DNA from: Candidatus Latescibacterota bacterium
Lineage (GTDB): Bacteria; Latescibacterota; UBA2968
Reading direction: 5' to 3'
Assembly: GCA_965204375.1 (NCBI GenBank)
Contig: OZ241986.1
Coordinates: forward strand, 4,032,001 to 4,096,000
Length of the DNA: 64,000 bases
Shown: piece after piece, positions 46,176-57,420 of the stretch
Layout: each line of letters opens with the position of its first letter
Numbering within the stretch: position 1 is the first letter of the stretch
Program-made: the position numbers and the translations under genes
Notes under the pieces: model-generated
The model's input: only the letters and a program-made list of their open reading frames with translations
What the model was told of the DNA's origin: nothing
The model's database searches: none

Positions 46176-47255
46176 ATGCAAAACCTCTACTACCTGATCG
46201 CTCTCTTGTGCTTTGGGGGATGCGCCGCGCAATATGTTCTGGCACCCGATGGGGAATACGATTATCGCGTACCCGTTGGGCGAGGCGATGCCCAGGCGGG
46301 ATTTGAAACCCTGTTCACCTCCACCGTTAAAGTAGTATGGACACCCCAATATGCCAACGTGTTCTACACACATAATATGAGAGATGACAGGGGCTTTTCG
46401 CTCCATTTGCCTTTAACAGATGAAAACAGCCCAACGGGCTATCGGCTGACGCGAGATGGTATCCGCGAAACCGTCGATTCTTATTCCAAAGTGGGCACTG
46501 CGCTTGTGGTCACGCGGCAAACATCGACCAATCGATACGACATGGCAATTGCACTGACAAATGCACATGTGGTAACAGCACCAGATACCATTCGGTATTT
46601 TATGCGGGACGCCCGGGGCATGGAAACGAAGGTACTCGAACGGATTTCCATCAAAATCAGCTCCTCATTGCACATGGTCAATCGCAATGGCGAAAGCATC
46701 TCTGCAAAAATCGTGCGCCTCGACCCTGAAGTAGATCTGGCTTTGCTCAAACTCAATATTCCCAATCCGATGAGAGACCCATCGCCTTTTTCTCGGCGGC
46801 TGGGCAAAACATCGGATCTGCAATGGGGCAATTTTGTCTATATCGCAGGTCATCCAAAAAACAAGATGCGCCTCACCGCGGGCACAGTGAGTTTGGACGA
46901 TGACAAAGATCGGTTTTTTGTCGATGCACCCATCCGTGCGGGCTACAGTGGCGGGCCTGTCGTTGCCGTGCGAGATGGACTGCCCAATTTTGAACTCGTG
47001 GGCCTTTGTCGGGGAGCCACAACAGAAACATTCCGATTGCTGGTACCCAACCGAAAACTGAATGAAGGGGCGACATTATCGCCCGACTTGCTCGGTCACA
47101 TCTCGGTTGAAGAGCGCGAGGTCGTGGAACCCGGTTTGGGTATCATCGTGGGAATAGAAGCCGTCAAACGCTTTTTATTGGACAGTCGCGAACCGCTCCG
47201 CGAGATCGGTGTAAATATCAAAACCGACGCGGCAATGCGAATGTGGGGGTTTTGA
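46176..47255 (+). CDS. Trypsin-like serine protease lipoprotein
   Basis: Lipobox FGGC; catalytic triad TNAHVV / DLALL / GYSGGP. Confidence 0.8.
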   Translation: MQNLYYLIALLCFGGCAAQYVLAPDGEYDYRVPVGRGDAQAGFETLFTSTVKVVWTPQYANVFYTHNMRDDRGFSLHLPLTDENSPTGYRLTRDGIRETVDSYSKVGTALVVTRQTSTNRYDMAIALTNAHVVTAPDTIRYFMRDARGMETKVLERISIKISSSLHMVNRNGESISAKIVRLDPEVDLALLKLNIPNPMRDPSPFSRRLGKTSDLQWGNFVYIAGHPKNKMRLTAGTVSLDDDKDRFFVDAPIRAGYSGGPVVAVRDGLPNFELVGLCRGATTETFRLLVPNRKLNEGATLSPDLLGHISVEEREVVEPGLGIIVGIEAVKRFLLDSREPLREIGVNIKTDAAMRMWGF

Positions 47256-47320
47256 ATCCGGGCGATTTGAGTTATATTGTTAATCCGCTTTTTCTAACCG
47301 CTTTTTACAAGGAGACCAAA

Positions 47321-47767
47321 ATGAAACATCTTACTGCTTCTTTGCTGACCTTATTCCTCTTACCCGCGCTCGTCGGGGCGCACTGCGAGATACCGTGTGG
47401 GATCTATGGCGATGAGGGTCGGTTTGCTCTGCTATTGGAAAATGTGACCACCATTGAAAAGTCGATGAATGAAATCAACAAATTATCGGGAGAAAGCGAG
47501 AAAAACAACAACCAGATCGTGCGTTGGGTCGTCAACAAAGAGCACCATGCCGATCAGATTCGCGATATCGTCGCACAATACTTCCTATCGCAACGGATCA
47601 CAGAACCTGCTGAAGGGACGGCAGCAAAAGCCTATACTGAAAAACTAATAGCCCTGCACAAAATTATACGCACAGCAATGAAATGCAAGCAAACCACAGA
47701 CCCGAAAAACGCGCAAACCCTGCGCGATCACATAAATGCTTTCCAAGCCCTTTACAATGCGAAATGA
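47321..47767 (+). CDS. sodN: Nickel superoxide dismutase precursor
   Basis: Ni-hook HCEIPCGIYG after a hydrophobic leader; AGGAG RBS. Confidence 0.9.
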   Translation: MKHLTASLLTLFLLPALVGAHCEIPCGIYGDEGRFALLLENVTTIEKSMNEINKLSGESEKNNNQIVRWVVNKEHHADQIRDIVAQYFLSQRITEPAEGTAAKAYTEKLIALHKIIRTAMKCKQTTDPKNAQTLRDHINAFQALYNAK

Positions 47768-47792
47768 TTAGTTATTCATCATTGCTTTTTAT

Positions 47793-47827
47793 GGGACAAT
47801 CTCCATCGAGATTGTCCTATTTTTTTT
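47793..47827 (+). terminator. Intrinsic terminator after sodN
   Basis: gggacaatct-ccatcg-agattgtcct followed by a T-run. Confidence 0.75.
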
Positions 47828-47834
47828 ATTTTTC

Positions 47835-47863
47835 TTGCGCTACTGAAAGGTCTTTGATATATT
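47835..47863 (+). promoter_or_regulatory. Sigma70 promoter of groESL
   Basis: TTGCGC-N17-TATATT with an extended -10 TG. Confidence 0.65.
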
Positions 47864-47873
47864 CTCCGCCCCA

Positions 47874-47900
47874 TTAGCACTCGACAGGTGAGAGTGCTAA
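47874..47900 (+). promoter_or_regulatory. CIRCE element (HrcA operator)
   Basis: Perfect TTAGCACTC-N9-GAGTGCTAA. Confidence 0.97.
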
Positions 47901-47951
47901 AACACATCATCCGTTTCTTTTCACTCCACCTCGCAGAAGGAGGCTATAACA

Positions 47952-48242
47952 ATGGCGAAGGTGAAACCCCTCGGGGATCGCGTGCTGGTCAGACCTGTTG
48001 AAGAAGACGAGCAAATCAAGGGCGGCATCATTATTCCCGACACAGCCAAAGAAAAACCCCAGCGGGGCGAAATCGTGGCTGTTGGCGATGGCAAGCCCGA
48101 CGATTCGGGCAACCGGATCCCGTTGTCGGTCGCATCCGGCGACACAGTACTTTACGGCAAGTATTCGGGCACAGAAGTCCGTCTGGACGACGAAGACTAT
48201 CTGATCATGCCCGAAGGCGATATTTTAGCGATCATTGATTAA
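47952..48242 (+). CDS. groES: Co-chaperonin GroES
   Basis: [30 protein letters not shown]. Confidence 0.97.
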   Translation: MAKVKPLGDRVLVRPVEEDEQIKGGIIIPDTAKEKPQRGEIVAVGDGKPDDSGNRIPLSVASGDTVLYGKYSGTEVRLDDEDYLIMPEGDILAIID

Positions 48243-48253
48243 TACCGCATTAA

Positions 48254-49909
<1,656 letters not shown>

Positions 49910-49924
49910 GAAGCTGTCTTTCAC

Positions 49925-49959
49925 AAAAAAGGGACACTCAATTGAGTGTCCCTTTTTTT
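49925..49959. terminator. Bidirectional terminator
   Basis: aaaaaagggacactc-aatt-gagtgtccctttttt. Confidence 0.9.
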
Positions 49960-49988
49960 ATGCTCTTTTGATGTTGACCGTGCGACAG

Positions 49989-52571
49989 CTACCCAGTGAC
50001 TGTTTTGCCAAAAGAATCCACGAAGATGAGGAAGTCGGAAATGTCAATGGTTCCATTGTTGTCGAGGTCAAATTTTGGATCGAAGTTTTCCTGTCCGCTC
50101 TGGGTTCCAAATACTTCAGCAAAAAGCAAAAAGTCTGCCATATCGACCTGTCCACTGCCATCAAAGTCGGAAGAGACAAGAGGGGTCTCTTCTACCACAA
50201 AGCGGATGATTTCAGTAAAGTTTGCCCGAAGGATGTTCAGCGCCTTGTCCCATACATTCATTTCGGCAAGTCCCCATGTTCCTGGGATGCTGCCAACCGG
50301 CAAGATGATCGTTTTATGATAGGTTTCATAGATGGTTGGATCGCGTGTAAAATAGACTTTGTGATAATCCTTCGGATCGTAATGCCTAAAGTGGTGCATC
50401 ACGCCATTGGGGTCGCGTAAATACATGTCTGTCGAACGATATCCACTGATGTTGTCCTTGGTTCTAAAGCTAATATCGACCTGTGTTTCGCCGTTTGGAG
50501 CTTCTGGATTGGTCGGTTCTGACTGAATAGTAATCTGATTCAAATCGAGCACAGGTGGTATGTCATCCGGATTTGTCGTTTGAATGTCAATGGTGGCGGG
50601 TTCTTCATCTACTATTACATCATCATCCGCTAATCCATGCCCTGGATCGGTAAAGTACACGCCTCGCACGTTTAAGGCAATATCCTCCATCGAGATGTAA
50701 TTGAGTTTGTACGTGCCATTCTGGAAGTAATCCGGAATTTTAAGTTCAACACTCGCTTCACCGGTTTGTGGATTATAACTTCCATATTCCTGCGCGCGAC
50801 GAGAATAGGTTTCGGCATTTGCATCATTTACATTTGCAAAGACGTGACTTATACCGATTTCTTCAAAAAGTCGCCAACGTGCGGTGAGAATTTGCAGGGA
50901 CCTGTCTTCTGCTGTGCCTGGTGACAATGAGAGTTGCATTGTATTTTTGATGTAATCCGGTGGTTTATAATCGGCAAACGGATTGTTGAGATACAGCTTC
51001 CATCCAAAATCGACCTGAGATTCGTGGCGTTCATTGCCCTGAGCATCCCTGAGAGTAATTTGATCTGGACCCCAATAGCCATGCGCCGCGTGCTTTGATA
51101 GTGTCTTCTGGCCTCGCAAAATGTGGCTTGCATTGATGTACCTGCCATCGGAGCTTACAGGATAAAGATAGATGTCAAAATAAGTGCCTTTTGTACTGAA
51201 AAGCCTGATAGGTGTTGCTTGAGCAGTGTCAAAACCATTCTCACGGTGAAGCTCAAGCTCTATTGTTATATCCTTATCCTTTTCCGGTTCGCCATGTACC
51301 CGTATGTCAACACGTATGATTCGTCCCGGATACACCAAATCGGGATACAGATTATAGACCTGAAACGTCAAGTCTTCGCGTATCCGCGATATGTAGCGCG
51401 TGCCGTGCATGACCCGATCGCGAATAAATTCGTATTTGGCAGGGGAACGCGAGCGCAATTTGTCGGGATCCACGATGTAATAACTGACCGTTTCTGCCAT
51501 GTCCTCATTCGGATTCTTACCGTGTGCATAAGCGGAGACAAACTCAGTCTGCTTAGTCGTTGACCAGCCATCGCCATCGTCTGGATTTTCATACCAGCCT
51601 CCGAGTTCAATCCAATCCTGTTTGAGTTGATCGTCAAAGAGGTGTTCCCATAAGAAGTGTGCTTTTTCATGGAGAATTAAGCGGTGGATGTAGTCGAGGC
51701 CCTGATCCTTAAAAGCGGATTCCATGAACTCAATATAGCCCGCCCTCGTCCATGCCACAGCAGGTGCAGTCGGATAAAGCGGATGGGGTGTTCCATCTAA
51801 TCGCCGCACCAGATATCGCAAACCTGGCGTCGTGAGCATCCCTTGTGGGTATTCTTCAAGCATACTCACAAGAGCCATCAGTTCCTCGTTTTTGAACTCT
51901 CCAAACCGGCCTGCGTGTTCCCCCGTGGTGTTCCGCGTCAGTTCGGTATAGTCCGGTACATATATGCTTACACCGTAGCGGTTCTCTAAAATTCGTTCCA
52001 TCGCACGTCTATCCATGCCACCATCGGTTACGTAGCGAACGACGGCATGGTGGAGTCTTTTGGAGAAGAAACGGCCTCTCACGCCTTCTATTTCTGCCAG
52101 CAATGGATCGGCATAAGTGAAGGCTTCCCGGGACAGGGTGACGATTTTTTGCCCGTCCTGGATGCGAATCTCTATGTCATTTTCAATATGCTGGTCTGTC
52201 AATTGCCATAATGAGGATGGAACTTCGGGTATCTCTTCGGAATAGTCGTTACTCAATTGTGGGATAGACTCAAAGGTTTGGAGCAGTCGGTAAGCCTGGT
52301 CTGCGTTCCATTCGGTGCCGAGTAATACTGAATATTTTTGCATGAGACGCAATGATGCGCTGTGGGGCACAACCTGTATCGGCTGGTGTAAGAACATGAC
52401 CTGCACGGGTTGAACAAGGGTGGCCGATTCTACCCCTTCATAGGTTTTATCGGTTTTCCAGGTATAGGTGTATTGTGCAACAGCGTGTCCGCTGAAGATG
52501 AGTGTCAGCAGGAGGATTATGCAGCTCAGGGACGCAAATTTAGAGATGCGGTGATATGTTTTTTTATCCAT
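49989..52571 (-). CDS. Secreted zincin-like metallopeptidase with C-terminal dockerin/EF-hand pair
   Basis: Signal peptide; LHEKAH plus FVSAYA..NPNEDMAE; DFDGSG.VD..DF and DLDNNG.ID..DF repeats. Confidence 0.75.
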   Translation of the reverse strand: MDKKTYHRISKFASLSCIILLLTLIFSGHAVAQYTYTWKTDKTYEGVESATLVQPVQVMFLHQPIQVVPHSASLRLMQKYSVLLGTEWNADQAYRLLQTFESIPQLSNDYSEEIPEVPSSLWQLTDQHIENDIEIRIQDGQKIVTLSREAFTYADPLLAEIEGVRGRFFSKRLHHAVVRYVTDGGMDRRAMERILENRYGVSIYVPDYTELTRNTTGEHAGRFGEFKNEELMALVSMLEEYPQGMLTTPGLRYLVRRLDGTPHPLYPTAPAVAWTRAGYIEFMESAFKDQGLDYIHRLILHEKAHFLWEHLFDDQLKQDWIELGGWYENPDDGDGWSTTKQTEFVSAYAHGKNPNEDMAETVSYYIVDPDKLRSRSPAKYEFIRDRVMHGTRYISRIREDLTFQVYNLYPDLVYPGRIIRVDIRVHGEPEKDKDITIELELHRENGFDTAQATPIRLFSTKGTYFDIYLYPVSSDGRYINASHILRGQKTLSKHAAHGYWGPDQITLRDAQGNERHESQVDFGWKLYLNNPFADYKPPDYIKNTMQLSLSPGTAEDRSLQILTARWRLFEEIGISHVFANVNDANAETYSRRAQEYGSYNPQTGEASVELKIPDYFQNGTYKLNYISMEDIALNVRGVYFTDPGHGLADDDVIVDEEPATIDIQTTNPDDIPPVLDLNQITIQSEPTNPEAPNGETQVDISFRTKDNISGYRSTDMYLRDPNGVMHHFRHYDPKDYHKVYFTRDPTIYETYHKTIILPVGSIPGTWGLAEMNVWDKALNILRANFTEIIRFVVEETPLVSSDFDGSGQVDMADFLLFAEVFGTQSGQENFDPKFDLDNNGTIDISDFLIFVDSFGKTVTG

Positions 52572-52646
52572 TGTGTTCCCCTAAAATGTGAAAGTTTAGT
52601 GAATCGCTTTCATCAAGCCTGACGGGATCCGAACTCAATTTATATA

Positions 52647-52662
52647 TGCAAAAATCGTGCCA
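52647..52662 (-). promoter_or_regulatory. Sigma54 -24/-12 promoter
   Basis: TGGCAC-gattt-TTGCA on the minus strand, ~75 nt upstream of ATG 52571. Confidence 0.85.
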
Positions 52663-52717
52663 ATGTGAGCGTTGTTTCAGAGAGCTATACTCATAAAATG
52701 TTGTTTTATATCAAAAA

Positions 52718-52769
52718 AAGAGCCAATCTGACTATATCATATCGTCGCTGAATAGTCGGATTGGCTCTT
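52718..52769. other. Long inverted repeat (terminator of the activator gene, or activator binding site)
   Basis: aagagccaatctgactat-N16-atagtcggattggctctt; followed by a T-run on the minus strand. Confidence 0.6.
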
Positions 52770-53031
52770 ACACAAGACTTTATATGGTCTTGTGGAGGAC
52801 GTACTATGGTCTCCATGGTCCCGAGAGCATCATTCATTATTATTTTTCGTTCTGTTCACCTCGAGTACAAATAAAAGCCCGTCAATCACCACCGATTGAC
52901 GAGCTTTTTTATTTTATGGTCGCCCAACTGTACCACTCACTAAACCAATGGCACAGGATGATGGGTTTGAAACTTCTACACTATCCACTCAAGCGGGATA
53001 ATTCCAGGGTATAAACTACGATAGCAGCTTA

Positions 53032-56000
53032 TCAGTGATGATTTATTTTGATACCCAGTCTTTTCATTTTCCCATACAGAGTAGAAGGTGGTACTCCAAG
53101 CAACTTCGCCGCGCCCTCAGGACCCTTTATCTGATAGTTCGTAGCTTTTAGAGCATCAAGGATGTAGCGGCGTTCATATTCATTTAAAGGCACAAATTCA
53201 CGGTCTTGAGAAGCCGATAAAGTCCGCTGACCCTTATCTGCGATTCGAGAACCATACAGTCCCAGATCTCCCACTCCGATTTGAGACTCAGGACACAAGA
53301 TGACAGCCCGCTGCATCGTATGCTCTAATTCCCGCACATTCCCTGGCCAATCGCAGGCTTGCAACACCTCTATAACCTCTGGCGTCAAGGGAGCTATTTG
53401 CTTGCCCAAATGCGCCGCCAGGCGATCTTTGAAATACTCGGCCAACTCCGGGATATCCTCCTTGCGCTCGCGCAGAGGCGGCAAATACATTGGAAAGGCA
53501 TTGAGGCGGTAATACAGATCCTCCCGAAAAGCACCTGCACTGACCATCTCCTCAAGATTGCGATTCGTCGCTGCCACAATCCGCGTCTTTGCCCTCAGCG
53601 TCTCGCTGCTGCCAACGCGCTCAAACGTGCCCTCTTCCAGCAAGCGCAACAGCTTGCCCTGCGTTTCCAGCGCCATATCGCTGATCTCATCTAAAAAGAG
53701 CGTGCCACCCTCCGCCAGTTCCACCCTACCCAGTCTGCGAGAAACTGCGCCGGTAAATGCTCCTTTCTCATGACCAAAAAATTCACTATCGATCAACGCT
53801 CCGGGCAATGCACCGCAACTAACCTCTATAAAAGGCCCATCGCTATGGGCACTCAGCGCGTGTAGTGTCCGCGCTGCCAGTCCCTTGCCCACACCCGTCT
53901 CACCCAGAATCAGCACCGTTATATCAGTCGATCCTACCTTTCTAAGCTGATTTTGAAACGCCTGCAGGGCCACACTCTGACCGATAAACTCGTTGTTCCT
54001 CTGACCGTTGAGTGCGGCTGTCAGAGCTTCCATGCGCAAGTCTGGTTCGACTGAGATTTCAACCTGCGCGATCTCTGAGTAATTGAGATCGCGATCTATC
54101 GCCCGGACCTGGAATGTGTAGTCTCCCGGTGGCAATTCCCGGTAATGCGCCCGCACCTTTCGGGTTGCTGGTTGCCAATCTGCATCATAGCCCTTCAGGC
54201 GATGAATATAGAGCATATCACGGGAGGGTGTAGAAAAACTCAGACCCTTGTACTCGAAAATCACATTCTGGTCTGCTTTAGATAAGATGCCTTCCTCTAA
54301 GTCCTCATAGACCTGATCAGCGATCACCTGCAGCAGACGAATCCGGGGTGGAATGTATCGCAGACGGTAGCGGATTATAGAACCCTGAACAGTGCCAAAA
54401 TAGAAGATTCCATCGCGATCTTCGAATATCTGGCAAACCAGTCCTATATGCGGTGAATTGATGGTCTGAAAAAGCTGACCATCAAAGTGAACCACGCCCC
54501 CGTCTGTACCAAACCATAGATGACCGCGCGAATCCTCGAACAAACAACGGATGCGATTATGCGGCAAACCATCTGCTGTTGTGAAATTGTGAAAGACGCG
54601 ACCATCAAAGCAAGCCAGACCGCCCTGAGTAGCGATCCACAGGTTGCCATCGCGGTCTAAGAGCAGATCGTTGATCTTGTGGTCTATCAGCCCATCATCA
54701 ACCCCATAAAATTTAAGACCCTCTTCAGGATGCCAGCGCGCCAGACCCCTGTCGTCATTTGAGAAATGGTGGCAGGCCAAATGAAAATAGATCTCGCCAT
54801 CGCACCCGGCGACCACAGTGCCAATGCGGTCTAAAATATTTTCTTTTTTCTCCTCCAAAAAAATGGTTTGAAACTCCTCGCCCTGCTGGTAAATGAGCTT
54901 TAATGGGCTGGCCAAAAGCGCTTCTCTTTTGTTATTACAGCCCCGTTCCCAATAGCCGAAAAGGAAATTCCCCTGAGCACCCTGGACAATTGTGCTGATA
55001 CTCTTTTTCCCTAAACCTGCGGGTGATTCCATCTTTTTCAACTTCTTCCCATCATAGCGGAACAGGCCATTGCGACCACCGAACCACAGATACCCTTCAT
55101 GGTCCTCATAGATAGAGAAACAGTTGTCAACATCAAAGCCCTGCTCACGACCTAAAACTGTAACGTGCCCGTCATCAATGCGAGCGATGCTTTTGTGCAG
55201 GGTGGTGAGAACAGGAGACACAAACCCAATCCATATATCACTGCGCCGGTCTTGCACGATCTGCGAGATCTCGATAAAATCTTTGCCGAACAGCTTACCC
55301 AGATCGAAAATGCTGATACTGTGTTCTTCGTAGAGCACGATACCGCCCCAGGTGGCGAACCAATACTGATGCTCCCGATCCTGGAACACGGCTATGACCG
55401 CGGGATGGGGCAGGCCATCGGCAAGAGTAAATTCGCTGAACCCATCGCCATCCTCGTAGAGCACCCCTTCCAGGGTACAAAACCACATCCGGCCTTCCCG
55501 ATCACACTGAATTTTGCGTAGCCAACCACTCAAATCTACCTGAATAGACTGGAAGTTGCCATCGGCATAGCACCAGAGCCTGTCTCCATATCCAAGCCGA
55601 CCGATCCACACCTTGCCGGTATGGTCCTGACTCACGGCATAGCTGACTTCAGCCTGGGAAAAGCCCTCCTCTTCTTCGTAGCGGTGAAAGGATGTACCGT
55701 CAAAGCGGATGGGATATTCAGCGCCAATCCACAGATGGCCTTGTGGATCCTGGGTGATGCCCCAGCAATGGGGGATATTCCAATCCGGAATAAGCGGAAT
55801 GATGTCGTGGAAGGTCGTACCGTCGTAATACCCCAGAGTATGCTGGCCTCCGCACCATATACGCCCCTCACGGTCTTCGTAGATGGATTGCACCGTTCTG
55901 CCTGCAATGCCGTCGTCCTCCAAATGGTGAAAATTTACGCCGTCATACCAGCAAACACCCTTTGATGTACCGAACCACAATCGCTTTTGACTATCCAGAT

Positions 56001-56214
56001 AGATGGTAATAATCTGGTTGCTACAAAGACCATCCTGTTGGGTAAATGTCTGAAACGCATTGCCATCAAAGCGGCAGGTACCGTTGTCCCAGGTGGCGAA
56101 CCAGAGATAACCCTCGCTATCTTCGGCGATGTGTTGGATGCGTAAACTGGACAGGCCTTCGGATATGGAATAAGTCCGATAGGTGCCCGTGCGGTCAAGT
56201 GGCTTGATCATCAA
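53032..56214 (-). CDS. Sigma54-dependent activator fused to Reg_prop beta-propellers and a Y_Y_Y domain
   Basis: Repeated ED..G.LWF.T..G blades; Y..L.PG.YTF.VRA; GETGVGK, GAFTGA, FLDEI, WPGNVREL; C-terminal HTH. Confidence 0.9.
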   Translation of the reverse strand: MMIKPLDRTGTYRTYSISEGLSSLRIQHIAEDSEGYLWFATWDNGTCRFDGNAFQTFTQQDGLCSNQIITIYLDSQKRLWFGTSKGVCWYDGVNFHHLEDDGIAGRTVQSIYEDREGRIWCGGQHTLGYYDGTTFHDIIPLIPDWNIPHCWGITQDPQGHLWIGAEYPIRFDGTSFHRYEEEEGFSQAEVSYAVSQDHTGKVWIGRLGYGDRLWCYADGNFQSIQVDLSGWLRKIQCDREGRMWFCTLEGVLYEDGDGFSEFTLADGLPHPAVIAVFQDREHQYWFATWGGIVLYEEHSISIFDLGKLFGKDFIEISQIVQDRRSDIWIGFVSPVLTTLHKSIARIDDGHVTVLGREQGFDVDNCFSIYEDHEGYLWFGGRNGLFRYDGKKLKKMESPAGLGKKSISTIVQGAQGNFLFGYWERGCNNKREALLASPLKLIYQQGEEFQTIFLEEKKENILDRIGTVVAGCDGEIYFHLACHHFSNDDRGLARWHPEEGLKFYGVDDGLIDHKINDLLLDRDGNLWIATQGGLACFDGRVFHNFTTADGLPHNRIRCLFEDSRGHLWFGTDGGVVHFDGQLFQTINSPHIGLVCQIFEDRDGIFYFGTVQGSIIRYRLRYIPPRIRLLQVIADQVYEDLEEGILSKADQNVIFEYKGLSFSTPSRDMLYIHRLKGYDADWQPATRKVRAHYRELPPGDYTFQVRAIDRDLNYSEIAQVEISVEPDLRMEALTAALNGQRNNEFIGQSVALQAFQNQLRKVGSTDITVLILGETGVGKGLAARTLHALSAHSDGPFIEVSCGALPGALIDSEFFGHEKGAFTGAVSRRLGRVELAEGGTLFLDEISDMALETQGKLLRLLEEGTFERVGSSETLRAKTRIVAATNRNLEEMVSAGAFREDLYYRLNAFPMYLPPLRERKEDIPELAEYFKDRLAAHLGKQIAPLTPEVIEVLQACDWPGNVRELEHTMQRAVILCPESQIGVGDLGLYGSRIADKGQRTLSASQDREFVPLNEYERRYILDALKATNYQIKGPEGAAKLLGVPPSTLYGKMKRLGIKINHH

Positions 56215-56749
56215 AAAGAACCCTATGATATGAATAAAAAACTGGTTTATAAATTGTAGCTCGCATCTGTAAACTAAATAATAATGATTTCTAAATATTC
56301 AAGAACAAAATGCGCCTTGATCATTTGCCAAAATTTCCTTCTTTATTTTTTCATACTTTTAAGTTGGAGTAACGGCTGCAACCGATAGACAGATAGGAAA
56401 CTTAGTCCTGGGTCTGAGTCGTCTATCTTCAAGATAAGGTCTTTAATTTTCTCATCCAGTTTGAGCAACTGTAGAATCAATGCGATCAACTCTTTCACCA
56501 CATCGCCCATTCACCGATCAAAATATACACTTTTGTCGCCAACGCTCGATCCCCGCGTCAACAGACAATCCACAAATTCAAGTTGTGAACAATCCCCCAA
56601 TACAGCATATTAAATGCATAATGAGGTGCCTGAGTTTCTGTCGAGCTTTTTTGTTGCTCAATTTTGTGATATTGGCCTGATATTTGCTTGAGTTCTGACT
56701 GTTGCGTTTGTCCAAAATACGACCAACCTTCAGAACAGAGGAAGCAGAA

Positions 56750-57133
56750 GTGTCAGACGTCCACAATTCAATTAAAGAATATAAAGGCATTCTGGGACAG
56801 GTCACTTCACCCCTAATATTTTTTGCTCTGGCACTTCTGGTCATTGAAGGAATCATTGGGATTACAGTCGTCAAATCAAAACTCGACGCTATACAGCAAT
56901 TCTACATGATTCTTGTTATGGCCTTTTTATTTTTGGCTGTTGTTGGTCTCGTTGCCTGGATTACTGTGAAATATCCGTTGAACTTAATGGATAAAGTTGA
57001 TGAAAGCATAGCACGCAATGAAGTGATTGAAAATTTTGTTGAAAGTGACATGTTTAGAGATACTGTCATCGACATCGTAACTGATATTGTCCAGCAGGCA
57101 CAATCAAAGGAGCGAGAAAATGGATCAAAATGA
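56750..57133 (+). CDS. Small two-TM hypothetical protein
   Basis: Two hydrophobic helices; GTG at 56750 after GAGGAAG. Confidence 0.6.
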   Translation: MSDVHNSIKEYKGILGQVTSPLIFFALALLVIEGIIGITVVKSKLDAIQQFYMILVMAFLFLAVVGLVAWITVKYPLNLMDKVDESIARNEVIENFVESDMFRDTVIDIVTDIVQQAQSKERENGSK

Positions 57134-57389
57134 ACGAGGAACGATAAAGGAGATTGTCAAAGTGATCTATCACTCCAGGGGAGATTGGCGCACGCCGGGG
57201 GGTATTGCAAGGGCTCTCCAACTTCCTTCTGAGACTGTAACCCAAATCGTAAAAAGCCATCCCGAATTTTTTATTTTAGCAGGTGACGACCGTGCGAAAT
57301 ATGCTCTTCGTCCCGGCGGTCTCGATGCCGTGTCACTCACTGATAATGCGCGAGACTTATATCTCCAGGAACTAACGCTGAGTTCATAG
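57120..57389 (+). CDS. Small winged-helix-like hypothetical protein
   Basis: AAGGAG RBS; WRT..GIAR.L.L..E.V..I pattern; overlaps the upstream gene. Confidence 0.55.
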   Translation: MDQNERGTIKEIVKVIYHSRGDWRTPGGIARALQLPSETVTQIVKSHPEFFILAGDDRAKYALRPGGLDAVSLTDNARDLYLQELTLSS

Positions 57390-57420
57390 CTCACGACACA
57401 TCTCACCCTATCTTCAATCT

